The position numbers were made by a program, and so were the translations under genes. From Azolla caroliniana (taxonomy: Eukaryota > Plantae > Polypodiophyta), in NCBI GenBank assembly GCA_043228905.1, contig JBHGNT010000006.1:1674001-1738000 (forward strand): a DNA stretch of 64,000 nt, written 5' to 3'. The notes beneath the pieces are model-generated. The model did no database searches and had not been told where the DNA came from. It saw only the letters and a list, made by a program, of their open reading frames with translations. This document shows, piece by piece, positions 56,401-64,000 of the stretch. The first letter of the stretch is position 1; the number at the start of each line of letters is the position of its first letter.

Positions 56401-58872
56401 CAAGGGACCGGTTAGCACTCGAGGATCCGGCCGAAGACGGTGAAGAAACAGAACCGGCCGAGGAAGATGAAACTGATACCGGAACCGGCCCCGATCCCGG
56501 AATGGATTCGGATGAAGAGGAAACGGAGGAGCCGGTTACCGAAGCTCCGGAACGGAGATATCCTCTAAGAGAGAGAAGGGCCCCCCGGAGATTTCCGGAA
56601 CCAGAGCACGTGCTGCTAACCGACGAGGGGGAGCCGGAGAGTTTTGAATAGAAGCAAAGCTTGACACCCATAGCCGCAGGTGGTTAAGTGCCATGCAGGA
56701 GGAGATGGATTCCCTGCATGAGAACCACACATATGAACTTGTGGAGTTGCCGAAAGGAAAGCGAGCACTTCAAAACAAGTGGGTGTTCAAGCTGAAACCG
56801 GGAGATGCCGGAAACCCCCCGAGATACAAAGTCAGGATCGTGGTGAAGGGGTTCCAGCAGAAGAAGGGCGTCGACTTCGACGAGATATTTGCCCCGGTAG
56901 TGAAGATGACCTCCATCCGGACGGTGCTGAGCATAGCGGCAAGCATGGACCTCGAGGTAGAACAGATGGACGTGAAGACGGCATTCCTTCACGGTGACCT
57001 CGAAGAAGAGATCTACATGCAACAACCGGAAGGATTCGAGAGGAAAGGGAAGGAGCACCTGGTATGCCGGTTGAAGAAGAGCCTTTACGGACTGAAGCAG
57101 GCTCCCCGGCAGTGGTACCGGAAGTTCGACTCCTTCATGACCGACGAAGGGTACCACAAAACGCAGTCCGATCACTGCGTGTTTGTGAAGAAGTTCGAAG
57201 GAGGAGACTTTCTAATACTCCTCCTGTACGTGGACGACATGTTGATCGTCGGACGGGACCAGGTCAAGATACGGATGCTGAAGAAGGCGCTTCACCGAAC
57301 CTTCTCAATGAAGGACCTGGGTCCGGCGAGGCAAATACTAGGGATGCACATCATCCGGGACCGGAAGAAGAAGCAGTTGTGGCTGTCACAGGAGAAGTAC
57401 GTGACAAAGGTGCTTCACCGGTTCAACATGTCGGAAGCAAGACCGGTCGGGTCAACCCTCCCGGCAAACTGCAAGTTGTCCAGCAAGCAAAGCCCCAAGA
57501 CAAAGGCTGAGAAGGAGGACATGATGAAAGTACCATATGCCTTTGCCGTCGGAAGCTTGATGTACGCAATGGTGTGTACAAGACCGGACATAGGATATGC
57601 AGTCGGAGTGGTGAGCCGGTACATGAGCAATCCCGGCAAAGAACACTGGAACGCGGTCAAGTGGATACTCCGATACCTGAAGGGCACGGCAAACGTGTGC
57701 CTCCGATTCGGCTCCGGTAAGCCCGAACTCGATGGATTTACCGATTCAGACATGTCGGCTGATGCAGATACCAGCCGGTCCACATCAGGGTATGTGATGA
57801 CGTATGCAGGGGGGGCTGTTTCGTGGCAGTCGAGGTTGCAGAAGACGGTTGCGTTGTCAACCACGGAGGCGGAGTATATGGCGGCTGTTGAAGCCGGCAA
57901 GGAAATAATATGGATGAAGGACTTCATTAGAGAACTCGGTATCCGACAGGAGGAGTACCGACTCTACTGCGACAGTCAGAGTGCAATTCACCTTGCGAAG
58001 AACGCGGCCTACCATTCCCGGACGAAACACATCCAGCGTAGATACCACTGGATCCGGGAAAGGATAGAAGACAAGGAGTTCGTGCTGACGAAGATCCACA
58101 CGGACGAGAACGGGTCGGATATGCTGACCAAGGCGCTCACACCCGACAAGCTGGAAGCATGCCGGAAGAGGATCGGATTGGAGAGACATCCCATGCCGAA
58201 GTGAAGGGGGAGTTTGTTGGGATTTCGGTCCCTCCGGATGGGATGTCCGGAGATGAATGACGGCAAGCCCGGTTACGGTTACGGAACCGGACGAAGATAC
58301 AGGCCCGGTGAAAGTACTCACCGGGTGTGAAGAGTACCCCGTATGAAGCCGGATGATGAAGACCCCGGCTACGGAGCCGGATGACGAATGTACCCGGAGA
58401 GAGATCCGGATGCGGGGACATATTTGTGAATATGTTTGCCAAGGCCCCTTGAGGCTATATTTGTAAATAGCCCGAAAGTCATATGTGTATAAATATGACT
58501 TAGGGCAAACTGTTTATTGTTGCTGTAAGTTGTTACTCATTTTTCTGTTTTTCCACTTAGAGGGAGCTAAGTGAGCAGCCGAGAAAGAGAGAGAGAGAGA
58601 GAGACGAAGAGGTCGTTGCCTCTGTGTATTACCGCCGCCTGTGGCGAAGACAGTGAGCTCAAGGTTGTTGCCTTGTAGCTTCACCATTGTACATCTCTGT
58701 GTATAGTGATAGTTGGAGTTTGAGGACTCCCGTGGTTTTTCCCCCTTAGGGTTTTCCACGTAAAATATCCTGTGTACTCTTCTCTCTATTGTCTTCGTGC
58801 ATTTTTTTTGTATTTCCTGTTTTCTGTGAGTTGATCCTATTCCTCGGTTGTGGCCGAGCACTGTGCTTTACA
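53412..58872 (+). mobile_element. Full-length young Ty1/Copia retrotransposon
   Basis: LTRs 53412-54097 and 58215-58872 are nearly identical. TSD CGTGT, PBS TGGTATCAGAGC (tRNA-iMet, 54101-54112), PPT GAAGGGGGAG. Confidence 0.97.
54129..58204 (+). pseudogene. Copia gag-pol with two in-frame TGA stops (54972, 55275) and a +2 frameshift (~56649)
   Basis: CFYCGKPGHFQKNC; WVVDSGASFH; LWHKRLCH; FIDD..DNGGEY..NGLAERMN; LYVDDML; RNase H GFTDSD..STTEAEY. Confidence 0.95.
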
Positions 58873-61790
58873 CGTGTAGTTAGGTGGGGGCGGATGTCGT
58901 GAAGAATTTCGGCCATAGGCGAAAACCGGGAAACATTGTCTACATCGGCGGGGTGCAGCGTGTGTACGCACCCATGTACATTTGGTGTGAATATCGAGGG
59001 CACCTTTATGGCGCCAAAGAGTAGTCAAGTCGGGACAGACGATCCCATGAAAGTTGGGATTTGTCCCACATTGTAACGCGTCCCTCTCCTTGTTCTATAA
59101 AAGGGAGGGAACGCCCTTTGTAAAAGGGGTTGCCCATTTTGGATTAGAGGGTATACCGGTAGGTTTAGGGTTAGGGTTCTTCTGCTTCTTCTTCTTCCCC
59201 TTCGTGTTCGTTTAGGGTTGGCTGCAGCTTGTCTCCTGTGCAAGACCCCGCTCGGCGCGACGAGCCCGAGAGCTCCCCGACGGCGGCTTGACAGCAGACG
59301 ACTGTTGTAAACTATCTTGGTCCGGCTCAAAGCCGGGAGTGTATTCTCTCTATATATATATACATATACGTTTGCGTCTGTCTGTGTATATTGGCGTCTT
59401 GTTGGTGTCGGGTGCTCCACTCCTTCCTTGCGTTTCCTGTACATAAGGGCGTGAGTCGGGTCGGGCTGTGTGTGCGTGTGTGTGCGTGAGTCGGTGTTAA
59501 GCACGCTCTCTCTCTCTCTCGCTCTCTCCCCCCCTTCGGTTGCTTCCAGTGTGTTTCTGAGATGCCCCAGAAGCCGTGAAGCATGACTTCCTACGCTCCG
59601 TCGCTCCCTAGTCCAAGACCCCCGTGGTCCCGCCTTTCTCCACGCACGCGCGTAACAACGCGACAACATTATCTCCCAATTTTGGAGTTTGCTTATAACA
59701 ACTCCAAGCATACGTTTATGGGATATAGTCCTTTTATGTTGATGTATGATTTTCAGCCACGAGCCCCGATTGATGTTAATATACATCATGATGAGTTGCG
59801 AAGTACGCAAAACTTTCTTCGGGATATGCAAGATATGTTGCATATTGCACGAGATAATATAAAAATAGTTCAAGATAGAGCACGTTTTTACACCGATCAT
59901 AATAGGCAACCTCGTGTATACAACCCTGGTCAAAAGGTATTTTTACGTGTACCTCACAATTCTAAGACATTGTCTACGGGTAAGTGCGCTAAGTTAGCCC
60001 CACAGTTTTGTGGACCTTATCAAGTCAAACACATTGGTTCATCAACTTATCGTCTCACTCTTCCCGATGGCAAATTCATCCAATTTTTCATGTAAGTCGT
60101 CTAAAAGAACTTTTAGGTTATTGCGACAATACAGTTACAACTGAAACTCTGGTTACTTTTGAAGAATTATCTTTTAAACCACATGTACCAAAAATAATTC
60201 TGGATGTTAAAACAAAAAATATGTGTACTAAAACAATCCGAGAATTTAAAATTAAATGGATGGATAAATCTATCAAAGATGCCACATGGGAACGCGAAAA
60301 TACTCTTAGAACTAACTTCCCTAACTTTCTATTGCAAGAGTGCAATGTTTTAAAGAGGGGGAGGAGTATGTTACATGCACGACCATATAATATCCCGTGG
60401 TGAGAATTTACCGTAGTATTTTATACACGTGAATAAGTGTGAGGATTACTTTTAATCCTCGGGATTGAGACAACCCATTAGGCCAAGTGTGAACTTGCTT
60501 GGGGGCCTTGGGTCTCACTATAAATATGAGGCCTAGCTACCCTCATTTCATCATCTCTTGACTATGTCAGGACTCTGTTTCGTGGTGGGTCAACTCTTGT
60601 AGCGAGATCGCCAACACCATGTATGACTCGACGCCACGATGGTGGTATGGGACGCCGATCAAGGCTCGAGTCTGTCTCGATACCTTCGCTCGGGGGTGGT
60701 CAGGTGGATCAACAACCTTCTTTCTCTCTCTACTTTCTTATTTCATATATATTATATCCTTATCATACGCTTACATTAGATCATCACTATAACATCTAAA
60801 AGCAATGTTTTCATGATTGTGTGCCCTTTTAATTAAATTAAAGAATAACACTAATGGAGAGAATATGTTATAAGCTAAATAGCCTAAAGCATTGATATCA
60901 ATTGAAAGGCTCCTACATGGAGTGGATTAGGGCTTTGACTTGCTCGCATTTGATATATTAATGATGAAGTAGGCTCTTTAAGGTAGTTCCACATAAGGGC
61001 ACATGCAAGGAATAGCCCAACATTTGGTTCAAGAAGAACCAAGGTAAATTATCTAATTCTTTAGGGACCAAATTAAAATCATGTGACACAACTAAATCCA
61101 ACTTGCAATCGACATAAGATATATGAATAGATTAGTGTCTAGGAGTAAATCCTCTTCTATGGTGCTCAAAAGTGAGTGAGACTCGACGAGTACCACCACC
61201 AACACCTATATAATCGATCTTGGCACGACAAGGCAATGTTGATGTTGGGTTTGAGAAAACAACATTGGCCTTGTTTCTTAAAACACCCGTGGGAACTTCC
61301 AACTTACATTTATAATTTGACAGAAATAACTGAAGAAATCTACCAAATTCCTCACGATCAGCTTTGATACCATGGCCGGTCACTAAAGAAAAATTTCCCC
61401 GAACACAAGACCATGGTTTTGAGTTGTGTTACATGGACTTCTTTTTTTGGTAGACCAGACCATCCATAAACACATCACTAGAGAAGAGTCAGTAAACTTT
61501 CCGCTCCCTCAGTGGATTTTTTTTCCTTGGTTTCAAGTCTGAATCTTAGCGGTATTTTGCCCAAATCCTTCAAGCCCCACATCGATTTTCATCGGGCACA
61601 TCGAGAAATCAAGGTCTCAGACTTACATTTTACCCCAGATGTTCAAATGAGGGGAGGATCTAGGGTTTCAGACATACATTTTGAGCTCACAGTTCAATGA
61701 TTAGATTGAAGATCTCTCTGTAGGGGAGATGACCCTCGGCTTATTTTTACCGATAATGTGAAGATTCGTCATTGTCATCTTCTAGGTGAC

Positions 61791-62060
61791 ATGGATTCTT
61801 CAAGAGGAGTTTCTAGCAGTATAATTGATAATTCTATCGTGAAGCTAGATCAAGTTCCTCGGTGGAGCGATGCTGATTATAATGTTTCCGATGATGGATC
61901 GGGTTCGGGAGACCCTCTTTCGTCTTCAAATGATCATGATCTTACAGAAGTAACCACTTCACGATTTCCACTCGATCATGGCATCAATTCGAAGCTTTAC
62001 CTATGGCGTGGAACCCCATGGAACCTTGACATCGATGCTGTCGTCAATTCTTCGAATGAG
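61791..62060 (+). CDS. GDAP2: GDAP2-homolog (Appr-1''-p processing macro domain; CRAL-TRIO expected downstream), first coding exon
   Basis: LDQVPRWSD...RFPLDHGINSKLYLWRGTPWNLDIDAVVNSSNE then GAG|GTATGG donor. An acceptor TTCTAG just upstream of the ATG implies a 5'-UTR intron. Confidence 0.88.
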
Positions 62061-62129
62061 GTATGGACCAATCTGAACTTTAATGGTTCTCACTATGCAT
62101 TATGGTTTTTATGTTATTGGGTTCTTTGC

Positions 62130-63370
62130 AGCATGATATGGTATGGTCAATTCATCTGTTGGAAGTCTGAATACCAATGAAATGGTGTAGGTATCTCCAA
62201 GATAGTTTTCATTATTGGACGTAGTGGTGCATCCATTGGTTATGGGCTGCATTATTAGATGCATTGGCTTCATCCATTGATTTGTGTCTATGGAATTTTG
62301 CGAGCATTCGTTATGGATTGAATTCCTTTATTGGATCCATTGGTTTGGGCCTATGGAATGGTGTAAAGATCCATTATGGATTTAATTATTGTAAACATTC
62401 ATCTTTTTGGGGCATTCATGCCTATTGAATGGTGTAACAATCTCATTATAGTTCTCATAATGGGATTCATTGTTTTGAGGCATCAATCCCTATAGCATGG
62501 TGTAAGGATTGAGCTTTGGTTTTTGTTATTAGATGCATTGTTCTGTTCACTCGTAATTGCCTTTGGAATGGTGTGAGGATACATCATGATTTTCATATTG
62601 AATGCACTGGTTTCATTCATTAATTTGGGGCGTAAATGACTGTGGGATGATGTATGAATTTATCATGGTTTCCATTATTGGATTCGTTGGTTTCAATCAT
62701 TGGTTTGAGGCATCCATGTCCCTATGAAACAGTATGATGATCCATTATGGTTTTCATTGGTTATATTCATTGATTTAAAGCATCAATGCATATGGAATTG
62801 TGTGAGGATCTATTGTGGTTTTCATCATTGGATCAATGCATATTCATTTGTTTGAGACATCAATGCCTACTGGTGTACGGATTCATTCTTATTTCAGTAT
62901 TAGATACATCAATACATCCATTGGCCAGAGGCAGTAATGCATATGGAAAGATCTAATAATATATTATGATATCCATTGTTTGAGGCATTAAGGCCTATGG
63001 TATGATCTAAGATCAATTATCGTATCCATTGGTTTGAGGCATCAAAGCCTATGGAATGGTGTAAGGATACATCATAGTTTTTTTTAATGGGTTCATTCGT
63101 ATCATTCATTGGTTTGATGCGTCAATGCCCATCAAATGGTTTGAACTCCATTATGGTTCTTTTGATTGGATGCATTGGTTTCATTTATTAATTTGATGTA
63201 CTGCTTTTGTTTTCTTGAGGCATCAATGCCCATTGAATGCCATGAAGATCCATTATGGTTTTCTTTATCGGGTCCATTTTCATTGTTTTGAGGCATCAAT
63301 GCTCATTGAATATTTTAAGATTCATTTTGAGGCAGTGGTTTCATCCATCGATCTGAGCCATCAATGCATT
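62130..63370. repeat. Degenerate ~70-80-bp minisatellite in the GDAP2 intron
   Basis: Recurrent CATTGGTTTGAGGCATCAATGCCTATGGAATGGTGTAAGGATCCATTATGG units. Confidence 0.75.
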
Positions 63371-63921
63371 GATACTTGCCTCATTATAGTTGACACTCAA
63401 TCAATCAATTTGTGATCATGTATGATAAAACTGAATGAGTTTTTGCAATCCTTTACCAGAACTGTCCTTCAAAAGGCATGATTGATTTATCCTAGCTGCC
63501 TTCTAGAGTGTTGTGAAACCATCGTGGTTTACTTATTTGTCTTTGCCATCTTTTCATTACACTTGAAATTTACTACAAAAATTACTATCTTTCATGTGTT
63601 ATTGGAATAAAAAGGCCAACCCTATATTGTTGAAGCCCGCAAATATTGCGATTGATTTAGTTGCATGGCCACATTGAACAAATGTAATTACTATATACTT
63701 ATGTCTGAGACCTATAGTTCTCAAATTCAAATTGAGAATGAAGAACATAAGTGTATTGGGAATTGGGCCATGAACCTTTTTCTGTTCAATGCTAGTTTTA
63801 TATGTGGACATTGAGTACATGTACTATGACATATGAGAATAAATAATACATGCTAGCAACACTTAACGAATGACCACTAATTAAGTTTTTATATCTAATT
63901 TAAACTGTTCCTCGCTAACAG

Positions 63922-63999
63922 AATCTTGATGAGATGCATAGCAGTCCAGGATTACATGCTGCAGCAGGGCCAGGACTTGCTGAGGAATGTTCAACATTG
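63922..63999 (+). CDS. GDAP2: GDAP2-homolog second coding exon (gene continues beyond the window)
   Basis: CTAACAG acceptor, then NLDEMHSSPGLHAAAGPGLAEECSTL, the macro-domain segment expected after VVNSSNE. Confidence 0.9.
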
Positions 64000-64000
64000 G

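Larger units (their letters stand above)
49191..59665 (+). mobile_element. Two-LTR, gag-only (non-autonomous) element of the ACGT-targeting family
   Basis: LTRs 49191-49959 and 58895-59665. PBS TGGTGAACCCGACGTGA (49964-49980) matches the plant tRNA-Trp 3' end; PPT AGGTGGGGGCGGA; TSD ACGT/ACAT. Gag-like region 49997-50600 (FNGDKVPSYLEAY..SWEAFEEALLKAYG); no RT or IN seen. Confidence 0.92.
45783..60340 (+). pseudogene. Chromovirus pol remnant in pieces (45783-48410, 49075-49190, 59670-60340)
   Basis: PR FNSGSSHNFV; [10 protein letters not shown]; RH ETDASDYAIG; IN GHPG..CHQC, WESISMDF, VSDRDP; chromodomain FKIKWMDKSIKDATWERE. Many stops. Confidence 0.9.
40761..60794 (+). mobile_element. Decayed Ty3/Gypsy chromovirus carrying seven nested LTR insertions
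   Basis: TSD TCTAA (40756-40760, 60795-60799). 5' LTR truncated at ~40951; 3' LTR 60369-60794 follows the PPT AAAGAGGGGGAGGAGTA. Domain order gag-PR-RT-RH-IN-chromodomain. Confidence 0.92.

Noticed and set aside
59025-59933. 302-aa minus-strand ORF (and 185 aa at 49321-49878)
   Set aside because: Antisense read-through of LTR and integrase sequence that crosses an insertion junction; no recognisable domain.

Overview
Eukaryotic land-plant genomic DNA; a non-seed vascular plant such as a fern is my inference from the TE lineages and is not proven. Host genes: a probable terminal exon (488-635), an intronless plastid amidophosphoribosyltransferase (17898-19772), a two-exon DTX54/BIGE1-like MATE transporter (27888-29828) and the first two coding exons of a GDAP2-like macro-domain gene (61791-63999). 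Most of the rest is transposon-derived, and many element boundaries resolve to the base. A 20-kb decayed chromovirus (40761-60794, TSD TCTAA) holds seven nested LTR insertions. Main observations: (1) an LTR family with TGTCG...CGACA termini and a tRNA-Trp PBS inserted six times, always with a 4-bp TSD at ACGT or CCGT and always inside another TE; (2) a foldback element made of two chromovirus LTR 5' ends in inverted orientation, inserted as one unit with a near-perfect 5-bp TSD; (3) an L1-type LINE with a 5' inversion bounded by a 14-bp TSD; (4) a 2.3-kb TIR element with a 4-bp TSD whose empty site appears in a paralogous LINE in the same window. All alignments and counts were made by eye.
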